From NCBI RefSeq assembly GCF_001949145.1, contig NW_019091356.1, forward strand, positions 3,070,713 to 3,134,712: 64,000 bases of DNA, given 5' to 3'. The notes beneath the pieces were generated by a model, which ran no database searches, was not told the origin of the DNA, and saw only the letters and a program-made list of their open reading frames with translations. The position numbers and the translations under genes are program-made. The DNA is from Acanthaster planci. Taxonomy: Eukaryota. Shown piece by piece: positions 1 to 15,200 of the stretch. How positions within the stretch are numbered: the stretch's first letter is position 1; each line of letters starts with the position of its first letter.

Positions 1-221
1 GCGAGAGGACCTGCGTGGTTTCCACGTCAGCCCGACCCTCCTTGCCAACGCGCAAGGCAAAGACGAAGGACCTGGACCCGTTGGCCAGAAGCCAGGAGGC
101 GGGGAAGACCAGGGACGCATTGGATGATGGGAGGAGGGAGGTCTGGTTGGCCAACATGAGGGCTGTCTCGTTGAAGCAAGGAGCAGTGGGCACATTCAGT
201 GGGTAGCAAGTCCAGTTGTAC
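1..221 (-). CDS. PKD1L1: PKD1L1-like exon (REJ domain), truncated by window edge
   Basis: Acceptor cccag|G; YNWTCYPLNVPTAPCFNET...FVFALRVGKEGR. Confidence 0.85.
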
Positions 222-3200
222 CTGGGTCGTTATGACGAATATTTGGAAGGTTAGACGGACTTGTTTTGGACTTTCTAAATGACGAATGCCAGGTTTTCTT
301 GCAAGCTGCATGCTACAACTTGTTTCATCAGGCACAACACATGTGGTGCCTAGTAACTTGCATTTCACAAAATGCACAGGTATAAGTTTTTTTCCTGAGT
401 TTACAACTCAACACGCAGACAAAAAGACAAAGCTCAAAGATACAATGTGACACATGGATCATTTACCAACAGGAATATTAGATTTAGATTTAGGAAACAG
501 ATTTGACACAGAACATTGTTTCTTTCCAATCCACACAAAATCTGAGCTCCCTTCTGAAACCCAGCCTGAACCTTTCCCTTGGTCCCTACCTCAGGTTGGT
601 GTTGTCATTATGGTCGTCGGGGTCATAGGAAAAGCTGCCGTTGAGGGTCACTGTCATGTCTGAGCTGAAGTAACGCCTCGTCCCGCCCTCGATGACGCTC
701 ATCAGAGGGCTCTGGGTGACTTCAAGGGAGACGCTGTCCTGGGCATGGACGATGGTCCCGTTCATGACCACCTACAGAAAACCCCACAAGATTACAGATG
801 TTAATTTGAATTGGATGACAACACTTGTGGCTGACACAGTACTTCTGTTCCAGCTAAAGACACAACAATCTTTCTAGAGATTTCACCGAGTGAGAAGCCT
901 TTCAGTGAAAGATGCCCTTTAAAGGTCTGGATAAAAGTTGTTTAAAAGTGATCAAGTAGTTTGACTGTTTTGCACAATATTGCTTTTCTGGTTGGCTGAA
1001 GCCTGTGAAAGAATGCAAGAATATTCAGAGATGGGACAATATTTCAACAAAAAGGAAAACACAATAATCTAAATATTCATGCTTTGTGTCCTAAAAGCAT
1101 GCAAGCTTGGAAGATTGGGGATTTCATATCAGAACTTAGACAAGTGTTAAGTTAGTGGCAAAACTGTTAGTCAGTTGTGGCTTTGTTTCACCTACGTTGA
1201 GTGCAAACATGTAATGTCCATACGGCAGGTCCCATCTTGGGATGTGCAGCGTTCGCTGGTTGAGCGATGCCTGGTCTTGCTGTAGGGCAACTGCACTGCC
1301 GTTTTGGGCGTGGGTGACCGACCAGGAATAAAAAGCCAAGTTGGTGATCTCACAGTCGATTGCGACTTCAGCTTCTATGCGGATGTCTTCAGAGTGTCTC
1401 ACCTTTTTGTTGTGGTAACAGTAAAAAAAGATACGACTGACTGGAACATGTTTTTACATGGTGCCTTAAGGTGGGGCATGTGAGTTTCAGTCCTGCTAAC
1501 GTGAAGTGATTGCCAGGATTATAAATTTAGTAACTTCTACAAGCTTTATGGATCAATGTCAACTGGCTGGAATTTATAACTGGTTTTATATCTATAGAAC
1601 AACCCATTCCAACAGACTACATTCAGCTCACTTCATCAAACAACAAAGCTAGACACACTAGATTGAAATGAAATGAAAAATCTTCATGGGCCATCTCCCT
1701 TCTTTCCCGTGAGTAGAGTCGATACTTTCACTTGGGTAGAGCACTGACTTGCGTCAGGCAGGGTTTGGGAATTTACAAGCACTTACTGTCCTGGGATCGG
1801 TGCCTACAATGTCCATTACGGGTGGACGGCACATTCTGGTCAGGATGAAGATTTTGGATGTGGCCGTGGAGTTGCTGACCAGATTGCTCACTTCCAGGTG
1901 GAGGAAAAACTCTCCAGTTCTGAGGTGAAGTCAGAAAAAAACACTCATATCTTTTTTTTGCTTGTAGGTTTGTTTTCAACACTTATAACAAGAAACTCTA
2001 ACTTTCAAATTAGGTAATGAGCCAGTTGAGGATTTCAACAGAATTACCCAAAATTCTCACCTGTTAACTCTACATATGCTGTAACAAAGAAAAAAACTAC
2101 CCAAAGTTCTTACCTGTTATACTTGTGATAGACACTCAGTGCTGTGGTGTACACCTTGCCTGATCCATCCCCAAAGTCCCAGACAAAGTTCATGTCACTG
2201 CCCTTGAAGACCCAGGCTTCGAAGAGGGTGGACTGGTTGACCAGGGAGGCACTTTGGGCATTGATGGAGACGTGCTGGATGGCAGTCTGCAGGGTCAGCT
2301 CCACAGGCAGGGAGGTGGCATTGCTGACATGGTTACCGGCCAAGACAGTCACGTAGTACCTTGAAGGGGAGGGGAGGTGAACCAGAAGTATACATAAAAA
2401 GACGGAAAAATGTACTGAACTGGCAACTCAAGGTGAGATACTCATTTTAAATTTCATTTACTATGTGCGAATTCCCAAAAAGTGAAAAAAAGTAATCAAC
2501 AATTTGCCAGAAAGAAATTATCATTTCTGGTAATGACATCAAGGATTCCTCAAAAGTGCCCTAGGCACTGTAGCTCGCAAGCCTAAAGGAACCTGTAGAG
2601 AGGAGACATTGAGAAGCTGATATAGTTTTTGAGGTGGGAGGAAAACCCAAGAGGAATATTCTGGGTAAAATCCACAGAATCAGGTAGGGACTGAAAACCA
2701 AATCCACGTGTGGAGTAGGCCGGGATTCGAACCCGGACCGCTGAGTTGAGAGGCAAAGAAAGAACCACTACGCCAACCTGACTCCCCCTTGTACAAGAGA
2801 ACCAAAGACACACAAGGTGGAAGGCAAGTTAACTATGACTACAAAGATAATTTTTCCGAGACACGTGACGTGAGCAGCACTACATACCTGCCATGGAAGG
2901 TGTACAAGTATGTTAGCGTGTTGACCGACGTGATCTGCACGTCTCGTTGGTCACCCATATCCCAGTGGTACCAGAGGGCGCTGTTCGTGATGGTCACTGC
3001 TTCCAGGGTGATGTGGGTGTAGGTCGGGTACAGCCTCTTCTCCACCAACAGCTGGACGCCCTGGACCTGTACCTCCACCGACACCCGGCAGGTGGCCTGG
3101 GCCTTCTGGACCTTGTTGAAAGCCACCACGGTGACAGTGAAGATGCCCGGTGAGCGGTAGACGTGGCTCACCGCCGGACCTTCGACAAGAGACAAAGTGG

Positions 3201-6200
3201 TGTAATCACATCATCGCAAGCCCATCACAGCTCATCCATTCTTAAGTTGTGTCACACAATTGCAAGCGACTGAAATGAAACGTGCAGGCGTGCACAATTC
3301 ATCAAAGCCAACGCCAGCATTTTTTAAAATTTGTCGTGGCATACACGGAAGTAAAAAATGAGGAAATCGGCTGAACCAAGAGTTGCATGGCCTACCTGTG
3401 ACAAAGGTAATCCTTTAAATCTGTAAACACTACTGCTCCCCGTTGCTTGAGAATTAATTTGTGCCCGGGCATGTGATACAACTTGTGGGTTAACTTCTGA
3501 TCAACTATATTTCAGTACAAACGTGAGCCAAGTATAAACTCACTGTATTCAACTCTCACTTTCAGTAGAAAAAAAACACCTAGGGGACTGAGATCAAAAC
3601 CAAAATGTCAGACAACAAGGTTTTGTGCAAACTATCGTCTTCTGTACATTTCCATGTACAAATTTGAAAAGACCTGTTATCTGTGGAGATTAACTGCACA
3701 ACATCTAGGCTTTCCAAAGCAAGCAGAGAAAGGGGATACATAATGGAGCACACAAGATCAGTTACAAGTACATGGCAACACATGCAAAAGTACTCACCCA
3801 CATCGATGTAATCAGTTTGGTCTCCCATGGACCAGTTGTAGAACAAGTGGGTCCCTGTCTCCACTCGAACGGCCAGGTGCGACACGTTACCAAAGGCTTG
3901 GGCATAGTAGGAACTCTCGCAGCGCAGGCTGGTGGGGGGTACCTGAACATAGTACAGCTGGGGCAGGAAGCGCGTCTCATTGCTCACAAGGTTCCCAGCG
4001 GTCACACTGACGGTGTAGTTTCCCTCTGTACGAGTAAATTAATAGCTAATCAAAAATCTGTTTTTCGTGAAATCCTAAACCAAAACATGTAATTCTAATG
4101 GGCAGGATTCATGCAATTCATGGACATAAGAGATTTAGGCATGGTGTAAAAATGGATTTTTATCTTCCTGTGCATATTTTAATCCCTCATAATAAACCGT
4201 ACCTTGACCTGCTGGTTGTGAACCTCAAACCTTAGTAAGACTAAATGTAAAATGGTATCATATCCAACATGCAATTCGTCAAGGACAATGCACAACGAAA
4301 AAGCCAATTTATGCACAAAAGCAGTGGGACCATTTTTCCTTGAACATCCTTTCTCAGAAGGTTCTCATTATCCATTAAGTCAGTTCCACATAGAGCTTAC
4401 TGGAATCATACCTGCGAAATACTGGTGGCGTCCAGAAGCTTGGTAAGACCCGTAATCATCCAATGTCCCTTCCACTTTCTCCGCAGTCCCATCCCCGAAG
4501 TCAAAGTAGAATACCAGGTGCGACCCCCAGCACTGCGCCTGGAAGGCCAGTACCTCCGTGGCCCAGTGGTTGCTACCTCGATGGGTGAGGGCCGCTCCCC
4601 GCGCCTGGCCTGTGGGAGGGTTCAGCTCCAGGGCATAGGGGGGCTCCTGGACCACGAAGGGGACCGGGTGGGCGATGGTCAGTGGCCGGGGCTGGAGGGA
4701 GTTGCCGGCACTGACTGAGACATAGTAGGTGCCAGGCCGGCTGAAAGTGTGGGTGGCTGTGCTCGCGTTCAGGCAGCTTTGAGATACAACACAAAATAGA
4801 AACAAGTAGTTCACACCGATGCTGCATTTATCCCAAGACGCAAGGACAAGGGATCATAATCAAACAGGGATTTATGAATGAAAGACTTACGCAAATGATG
4901 TGTTCATTATGTTAACATTTTATGTTAACATTTTCTCCTCAGACGTGCCTAAAATGTTCACAAACGCATAACAGGCTTGATCATTTAAATACTGCATCAC
5001 CTACAGAGTATAACACTCCTCATAATTTTAAGCCTCGGGTGTGACAACTCTCTCATTGGAAGAATGGTCTCAGTGTGAGTAAGAGGTGTTGTTCCACAGC
5101 TGAAGGTCAGTTGTTTCATAAATGGAGAGCAAGAGATCCAAGATTATATGGTGAGCTCCTAACTGTTCTTTGAGTTTCCCATACGATACGATCTTTCAAA
5201 TCAGGGCTTAAACAACTCCTGCTCAAACGGTGTGAAAGAATAAGATGATCAAAACTCTTGTTACACTCACTTCATCAGGACAGGATCCGAAAAAGGGTCT
5301 TGGAAGTCCCAGGTGAAATCCACATCATTGCCAGTTTCCACCACAGCCTCCAGGACAACCGACTGCCCAATTCTGACCAGAGTTGAACTCTGGGAGGTGA
5401 GGGTCAGGCCTGTGATCCACTCCTCCACTTTTGCGGTAGTGGTGACAGTCTTCTCCGAGACCAGGTTCCTGATGCGGAAGGAGCTGTCGTACCAGCCCAG
5501 GCCCGGGTAGGTCTTGTTGAAGGTGTAGAGGCATGCCGGCGGGTCCAGGAGGTAGTCGATGACCTCTCGGCCCAGTGAGGCCAACTCCTCCGAGGAGGCA
5601 GAAAGGGAGGACTCGCCGTCCACTCCAAAGTCAATGTGGAACTCAAAGGGAGGCCCGCCTCGGACAACCACCAGATAGGTCGAGAGCGTGCCGACCAGAG
5701 CTGGGTCGATGAGGACAGTGGCTTGGACGATCGGCTGCTGGAGGGTCGTTTGGGAGTGGAACGCAACGGCGGAGATGAGATTGCTGGCATGGAGGGAGAT
5801 GTTGTACAGTCCAGGGGCATAGAATGGCAGAGACACCTACAACAAACACAGAAAGTTGCCACATGAGTCCGAAATTCACTGACACCCTTGTATCTGACTA
5901 GTCTTGTAAAGAACTATCTTGTACTCTAAGACATGCCAAGGATCACAGCAATCCTACGATAAGTGCCCACTGACATCATCAAATATATCCTTCAATTTTG
6001 GAAGGCGACAGCACTTCTAACAGAAAGCCAAAACTCCAGAAAGGTGAGATGTTAGACAGCAATATCCATTCTTTTTGGTGTGAAGTTTTATTTTTTGCGA
6101 TTTAATAGAAAAAACAAAGAAAAATTCTGTGCCAGATGGTGCGAGAACAACATACATCTGCATAGACGAATACGAGAATTACTGAGACAAGATTTACAGA

Positions 6201-9200
6201 AGGTTTTCTCCTTGTGACTTTAAACAAACTGTTCAAGACACTTTACCTTTCCATGAGAACCAGCCAGCTGGATCAGTGCCATGCTGGCCTTGGCACTTGT
6301 CTCTGTCCCATAGGAATAGTCGGTTTGGATTGGCGCGATTGTCCAGGTGTAGAGAATGTCCGTTCCCGACGAGGGTGTCACTTCCCACGTTTGTGTCATG
6401 ACAGGTCTGCACGGATGACGTACAAACAATTCAAAGTTAAGCCTAAAGTTAAGCCTAGCCCCTTCACTCCTGAAACCTGGATGTCTGAGTGACCTTTGCT
6501 ACTGTCTGACCTCTCATTACCTGGTATACCCAGGTGTAGCCAGGGCTACATGGTGGTACAATCAAAGCAAGTGGGTGCTGAATATCCACCCCTAAGCAGA
6601 ACCAAGCTTTTCCAAACAATGGAGGCTCACAAAACGACTATTAAATGTACGCAGCACAGTTACATCGCTACCAACAAAATGAACTCTCCCCAGCAAAATT
6701 GCTCTTTTCAACAGATGAAGGGGTGCTTCTGCAATGGTGGCTATATTATCATTTTTATGTCAGCAACATTTTCCTATCCCCCAACAACATGCATGATCAA
6801 CATAGCCTATGATTTGAACAAAATAGACTCTCACCCAAAGAACTTGCTCAGCACAGGACCTGTCATTTGAACACCAGCAATGACATTCTGAACAGCCACA
6901 ACAGTTTCGCCCGAGACATCTTCACCTTCCTGGTGGAACCATAGGCGCAGAGGGTAGACCCCCGGGTGAGGGATGGTCCAGTTCCAGGAGACAGGGACCC
7001 CTGGGGTGACCGGATGGGTTACATTAGGGGTGCCATCTCCATGATCGATCAGGACTTGAACTGGGGGTGCACTAGCCTCCCCTGGTATCTGCAAAGTTCA
7101 AATGTAATATAATTAGGTCAGTTGGAGCTTGGAATTAAAAGATTGCCAGGTGCACCTCTTGTTTTACAGGGCAGAGGAAGACAACGCTAAATAGAATGTA
7201 ACTTTTGCGTTTTTTCTTCACGGGGCTCTAAACCACATATGAATCTCACACCGTATGAAATTAAAAGGACATCCAATCTCCCTTCAGTAACTTCACCATT
7301 TCATACAGCTGTTAGAGGTATTAGTTGTGAATACTCGGGTACAGCGTTCAAAAAATTGAATTCTTGATCTTGGATTGTAAGCATCTGTATTTGAAGTTGC
7401 AGTGTGCTGTGCCCTTTGCAGGGGGGGGGGAATCCCCAGAATGTGCAGGACATTAATTCTCCAGTGAAATGGCTTGGACAAGATCCCCGGTGACACTAAT
7501 CACCTTACCACAGGAAGTTATAAACTGAGGATGGTAATTGCATTCTGGGTGTCCTGCCATTAAGATTGGATAAAGGGTTTGATAGGTGCTATAATAAAAA
7601 TGCTAGGCGCTATAATAAAAATGCTTCAGTTAACCTTGAAACACTGATTACCTTCATGGATTACTGGTTCACTGCCCTGGAAAGTATGCTAAAGAATGTT
7701 AACAAAACCAATACCTAAGCTCTTAGTATTAAGTTTTTTAACAACTTGTCAAGTTCTGGGGATGTACGCATAAGTAAAAGGTATTGTGGCTAGACCAAAA
7801 AAATGAGTGTGACTTTAACAATGATACACGTGGTTCCATAAAAACTCAGAAAATGTACACAAATTTTAAAGATGAACAAAGAAATGGACCAGAGAGAGAC
7901 TTGAAATTAGAACCTCCAGAACACCCTAACGGCTCTCTACCAACTGACTGAGCCACCCAGACCTATGTTGGCAGTTCATACCATTTGTCAGCATGTTCAA
8001 GGGGGTACTAGTCGAAAACCAATCCTGAAAAACCATACCGTTTATGCCAACTACTCCCTAGACGTACAATTCAACATGGGAAGTTGTGATCACTCAAGAT
8101 GATACCATTTTTCTAAACACAAATCATCAGATATTTTCTGACATTTTCTAAAGGTTGAGTTTGAGCTAGGTGTGTAAAGAATAATTTGGAAAGATCCCTC
8201 AGTAAGCCATCATCAGTGCTGCATGTCTGGCTTCATGCCAAGCTTACAGAATCCAAACCAGCTGATTGGCTCAGTCACTGACCCTCCTCCCGGTCCCTTC
8301 CAAACTTAGGACACATTTGGACTGTGGATAAGTGACTTTATGTGGCATTCCATTGACGGAGATATGAATGCCCAAGGAATTTCTGAACAGAGAAACACTG
8401 ATTTTTGTTTCTGCTCAATGCTTTTCCTTGGGGAACGATCCCCTTCCAGGTAGGAGGTCCCGTGGACTCAAACAACTGACTTGGCTCACGTCATCAAATC
8501 AACAGTGCCAAGAAATAGAAAGACCAGATGTGCCAGAGTAGTCCCACATCGGCATCACCCCGAACTTCCTTGTCTGCGAAACAATTATACAAGCAGCAGG
8601 TGTAGTAGGCAAGGTTTTTTTTATCATTTTCCCGATAGTTTCCAAACATTTTATCATACCCCTGGGGTAAAAGGACTTGAAGGAGAGAGAGGAATGTTCT
8701 GGGACAGCGTTAGTTCTGGGTATTAAACACAGGTGTCAAATATAGGAAATGTTCAAAATTATCACTCTCTGTAAAGTAGGCAGCTACTCATCAACATAAT
8801 TGTCCTGGAAATGTGAAAGCTATAAGAAGAGATTTGGGGAAGATAAGGAATATTTGGAGACATCTAATCTTACAGTCCATTAAATTTTAAATGAAGGTGT
8901 GAAGCTAAAAATGAACCAATTACCTTAAATGATGCAGAAGAATAAGTGTATTTTACAACTGCTAACAGGTACTTATGGTCCCTCCTCAACCAACCTTAAT
9001 CTGGTGGTAGACTACCATTTACCAATAGGCCTAGATGCAAATGATTAACATTTGAGAATACCTAAGACAGTAAATGCATACTAAAAATCTAAATATACCA
9101 TACACTTCAAATGTATATCACCTGACACCTGGGAAGCCAAGAAATAAAATCTCTGTTTATGCCAATGTGACTAAATTTCAGATAGATTTCATTGTCTTCT

Positions 9201-12200
9201 GCCGATACCATTTCGTCACGTTTTCTACATGCATTGTGCGATGGTACTACGTGTGAGTCCAATTCCACATGGATTGGAAAGGCATGCAGTTCTGAATGGT
9301 TGACAGAAACTTGGCATGGTCTGTCTGCTTTCTGGTATTTGCAATCACCAACAAAATAAATTGTTGCAGGAAGGTTTAACTTGATCAATTCAAATGTGAA
9401 AGTTCAGGAACCTTTAGTCAATTTGAATCTGAGCAAAGGTCAGAAAACTTTTCAGGTTCAAAGTGAACTCGTGGTGGAGTTTCAACACATTCACGTAAAC
9501 ACATGTAAATGTACATGATAGTTTCACGGGCAGTTCTATGTTCCTAGGCAAGACACTTTACTGCAATTGCCCTTCTGCATCCCACGGTATGTATGGGTGC
9601 AAATACGGATAGAAAACAGACCATGCTAGTCATCGAGTGCCAGATAATAAGTTATCTCATCGCTGGACAAATGGAAGACATGAGTATGCAATGATCTTCA
9701 ACCCGAGTTTCAAAGAATTCGCAATTTTCAAAAACTACAAAGATGCAAGTAGCATACTTTTTTTCCTCTGTTTCCGAATCTGCACTAGATAAACCACATT
9801 TTCAAATGCTCCATAATTTTTTCCTATGAGAGATACACGATCGGAAGTACAAGCTGTTTCAACTGAGGCTTGTTTGCAACTCTACTGTCCAGAATAGATG
9901 ACTTTTCCACAATTACCACAACCACAGGGGCCTTGGTGTGTGCGGTGTGCATTTGAGCGAGGACCTCTCGCTGCAAGTTCCGATCTCCCTCTTGGGAAAG
10001 ATCAAATCAAATTTTACAACGCGGTGGTGCAGACAGCGGACTATATGCGGGAGACTTATGAAGGAAGCCCGGGCGAGCGGGATGTCGTTGCACGTCCGTG
10101 CATTGCACTCTCCCCGCTGCACAGTTCAAAAGCATTCAATGTCAGACAGCTAAAGATAACATGTACAAATGTCACTCTGGAGCCAAGTGGTATTAAAAAA
10201 GAAGAAGGATTATCCAATTTTATGTTGGCTGCTGACAGCGAGGAGGTCGAGGGCAACAACTGTGCAAGGTGTAAACAACTTGTTTTGCAAAAAGAAACAG
10301 GAAAAGCAAATATACCGTGTGATCTGAAGTCGAAGTTGAAGTCAAAGGTTTTGAATTTCAATTTCTAAATGTGGAGATATCTTGGATAAAGCAAGAAAGA
10401 GTTTGTTGCTGATGCAACATCACCGGCATGAAAATGAGGCCTGGACTTAGGAATGTTCAGGTAATACAATAGAAAGTCATAATTCTGTTCAGGGAGCTGT
10501 AATCAAGCACACACAAATTGGGTGTTAAAGTTACAACAATTCAAAACGTATGAATAGGAATGGTGGTGTATACCAAAGCAACCCTAATTTTAGTAAGCAT
10601 GAATGCACGTCTGTAGTAAACTGAAATCCAAAATATTGTTTGCGCAGGCTTGGCAGACACTGTATTTCAAAAACACTGAGCCTTTTGGCACTGTTTTCCA
10701 TTCACATCAAAAAGCATTTGGGGCAATGAGAATGTAAGTTCCATAGACTCAATTGAGTCAAATCCTTTTTTCTTTATTTCTCGAGCAATTGTTGCCTCAA
10801 GAGTATCGACAACCGCCAAAAAAAATTAAATGAAAAGTAAAACACACTTAACCCTAGCCCAACCCTCATATGCACCTAATTTTGCCTGCCAGCCACACCA
10901 CACAACAAACAATCGTCTGAGGCAATCGTTAGATAAAGGGTGGGTTTGTGATGCAACCAATCCGAGATAATTCAATTTCTCAAGTTCAATAAGTACGCTG
11001 AGGAACCTGCTGGCGCCGTCACACTGGGACACAGATAAACCCGGCGGTGCGTCCATTACAGCCAGCTCTGCACACCCCCGGGCCCGCACAGGTGGGTGGA
11101 GCCCGCCTACATTATGCTGAACAGTAGGACGCGTGTTGGGCACTGGTTATCCAATTTGGGCCGGGGAGATTTTGGGGGTAGGGTTACTGCATTAGAAAGT
11201 TCTGCCAGCAACGGGCAGGTTCAATGACATCCTCACAAACCTTGTGATCTGAACTTGCTGAAGATGCTTTTGTTATTTGAATTGAAAGCAACAAGCTGCC
11301 ATTTGGCTGGCAGGAACCACTGTGTATTATTTCTTGAGACTAACAAACTGATGTTTCTTTTTACATTCTGTGTGCATTTTCACAAATAAAGTTAAATACT
11401 CAAGCAAGGAAGAGTTCACGATCCTGCTTCTGGTTCAATGAGGTTTCAATCAAATGAGATTCGAAGCTTTTCATGGTGAAAGTGGCAAGCAAAGGTTATG
11501 GGTTTGCGGTAGCTCCAAGTAAACTATCTCTGTTTGTATGTGTGGCTCTCATACGAACCGGAGGGTACTTATGTGGTCATGTTAACCTTCTTACAAAATC
11601 TTAAAAAGAGACATTTCATTTTGCATTGTAACTCCTCAGATTTCAGGCCTCATAGTTGGTGGACATGGTTTGCACCTTAAGGAGCAATTACATGTACTTC
11701 AAACAAATATGCCAAGAAGTCATCAAACTGAATGCCATTTACTGAGGGATCGACTTGTCTCCACACCAGAACTATCAGTAATCCACAGTCCACCAGTGAT
11801 AATCCCAGTAACACAGTGTTCTGAAATTTAATTTTGTTAGCAAATGAAAAACCTTTGAGGCCCCCTGGAGGGAAAACAGGATGGCAGTTTTCACCAGTCA
11901 AGGAGCCAGAAGGAAGGTCTGGCAGAAAAACAAAAGGTAACTGGAAATGGAGCTCTGTGGTTTACCAACCTTGATTACTTCAATTAAAAGGGCCTGGGAA
12001 AAAGGAAGACAAATTCTTGGGAAGGAATCAACTCAAAATCTTCTTCATACAAGTGTTTCTTTGTGTTTCTCCTGCAGGGCCAGTCATTTGCCATTGGTCC
12101 CACCAGGTGACTTGTTTTGAGGACTGATAGTTGATGAAATTAGCAGGAATAACCTTGCAGACTTTTTATGAGGTGAAACAACTGAGATCATAAAAGTTTG

Positions 12201-15200
12201 GGGTTTTTATTAGAGGAAAGGGTCTTGTTACAAAAACAGGTGGCTAGAGACTTTTGGGGGAGTCTTTGAATCACCACACCGAAATCCTGAGGAACAGATG
12301 TCAAAATAGAACCCACAAGACGTGAAATCCAATGGCCAAATGGCACACAAGCTACAAGAGAACTCCAACAATTTTTAGGGGAACCAAAAAAAGGCCAGCC
12401 CCCCATAGAAGTTGATAGAGTACCAAAGTTTCACCAAGCAGGAAAAGAGGTGTTTTTGCCTGTGATCTTGATTGACTTGGTGGAACCGGCGTGGGGAAAG
12501 AGTAAATCCCTGGAGCTGGGAATACTTCCGAGTTCAACAGTGGGCACCAGGAAAGGGTCTGCATCCACTGCTATAGACTTACAAGGGCAAAATGACAAAA
12601 ATGACGGATAGTATTTGGACCCTTTAATTATAAGAACAGCCAGCACCCTCTCCTTTTCTGGGAGACACTAAATTGTCACAGCTTCTACTTAGACCATGAT
12701 GAATATTCTCCCTTTCTCTTGGTGGTGTTAAGTGGAGTAGGCGAGCATGTGGGAAACAGATCGGAGACTGGCCAAGGGGGAGACAGGGAAGTCCCTTGAG
12801 AAACACCAAATGTCATGAATGGAGACAGCCGCATGGCAAAGACTGTAATGGATTTGCCACACTTTTTATAGCATGTGGTCGACCACAGGTTTTACACACA
12901 CCCCCCACCACCATGTTAAAATAAATTTGGTGCAACTTTATAACAAGAGACTGACAAGTTTGCCCAAGAAGTGACAGACACATCAGTAATTGATTTTTTA
13001 CTCCTTTATCCCTACTCACAAATGAAAAAAAAACAAGACTGATTTCACCAACAATGATTTAAAATATCTACTGAACATGAAAATGCTCCTAGGTCCAAGT
13101 GATGACTGAAGAAAAAAGGCAATTAGATTTATATTTATGCTTCAGCGCATAGCGTGGACAAAGTTTCAAATCTCTCACAGCACTTCATCACGATAAAATC
13201 AAACGGCAGAGTACATCGGTGCAACAGAAGTATTTAAAATAAGGGTACCAAACAAAAAGCAGTTTGACAATGGACGACAGGCTGGGAAAAACATGGAAAC
13301 CGTTTAACATTCTCAGTGTTATAACAGACACTCAAACAAAATCCAATTAATATGCTTTGAAGCCATAGCATGAACACCACAGTAACCAAACGCAAAGCAA
13401 ATTGGAGCATGAATACTTACTGCGAATCCAAAAGGCAGCAAAAAAAACACACAGATGGAGAAGTTAAAAATGCGATCCAAATAAAGGGACGCAGAGACAT
13501 TGAGACCCCCCAAAAAAGATGCATTTGCACTACAGTGACCATTCATTAGATGAAAAATATTCCCCTCAAAGACCTTTACACACATAAACACACACACAAA
13601 TGTTTTGAAGGGTGTCAAGAAATGCAACCGGTCCTGCTTAGGACAAAATTGTGGAACTAATCGTCAGTCTCTACTGTTGGTTGTCATTTTGCCAGTTTGG
13701 ACAAAGACCGTTTCTTTCAAAATGTCGCTACAATATTTCCTTCTCTTTACGGTGACAGTATTCTGTTGAATAAAATGAAAGCATAATGAACTCAGATCAG
13801 CCAAAAGACTGACGGTTAAGCTTTACTACAGAGTAAAATTAACTTACCTGTAAAGTGCACAACAGGGGAGCACCTGCCTCTCCATATACTGGACAGTCTA
13901 GGGAGTACTTTGTCTGAGGGATGGAAGAATCTATAATCATTTCCTCTTGGCTTGCATCCACTGTCAAGAAAAAGAAGAGATACCAATCAAGCAATCAATA
14001 TGAAAACAAACACTGCTTTCACATTAGGGGGACCAGGGATAGCCTTGAGCATTACATTGGAGTCATAACTGCCTCCGTTTACCCGAAACTGGCATGGAAC
14101 TGTGAGGGTTTTCATCACAGTTTTATCATGAAAAGTAGAAACTGGTAATTATGACCCAAAAAATCCTTTAAAAAGAAATGCTCAACTGTATCCTTTTTTT
14201 CCAGCCAACTACAAGGGATTTTTTTCATTGTGCAATATGAGTTATACCGCCTCTATGAGAATACAACACTGGTGCCAATGGGGCAGCAAGTTAGTGCTGA
14301 ACATACAAAGGGGGTCTAATTATCCACAAGAGGGTTTGAATGTCCTTGCGCTCCCCAGACACAAGTGATCAGGCAGACAATTGGAGCCTGAGCTGAGGGG
14401 GGTTCTGACACTTTGCCGATGGCAGGGCCTGTTACAGCTTACTCAGGGGGAGTCAAGTCAGTGCCAATTTTTAGGGGGAAATTGAGATGACTGTCAGATC
14501 TGAAAATGAGGTTCTGGAGTGAAAGGGTGGGTAAGTCTGTTACTTGTGAATGATCCAGTTACCGAGACAAATGAAAACCCTCCTTTTTGGCACTGCAGTG
14601 ACTTGTTATAGTCCACTATAAATATGTTACCATGACACTCAAAGACAACTTCAGAAAAAAAAAACTCTCAGTTGAAACAATATATTTTATTAAACATTAT
14701 GAAAATGTGGCCATGAGATCCGCTCAGCTCAGACCCTTGACTATGGATTGCCTTCTCCATCCTGCTGGCAGAACTCATCAAACACGACCTCCTCCTTCCA
14801 AAGTCTTGATTTTTTATTCTTTTTTTTTTACAAAACTTGCATTCCATTTTATATTAACAACACTTGACTGCTTTAAAATACTTGCGAGGACTTGCTAAAA
14901 ATTGACTTGATTTGAGCATGACTTGAGAACAAATTTGACTTGTTGACATTACGAACTTGTATTTACAACAAACGCAAGGAAACATGCATACACAATTAAC
15001 ATGAAAAAATGTTAATATGAGACTAAAAAAAAACCACAGTGCAAGAAGTACCAAGGAAGCTGGTCGCAGTACAAGTAACGTACACTGGCCAGCAGCTTAA
15101 CCTTGCTGGAGCTCCCTCCTTTGTGGCAGGGTAGATGGACAACTTTTGACTGATGATGACAATCTTTTCCTACCCCCCAAGGATACTACTGAAGTGAGGA

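Noticed and set aside
2720..2790. Functional tRNA gene
   Set aside because: A and B boxes are present, but there is no convincing acceptor stem or cloverleaf, and it continues into a repeated SINE body and tail.
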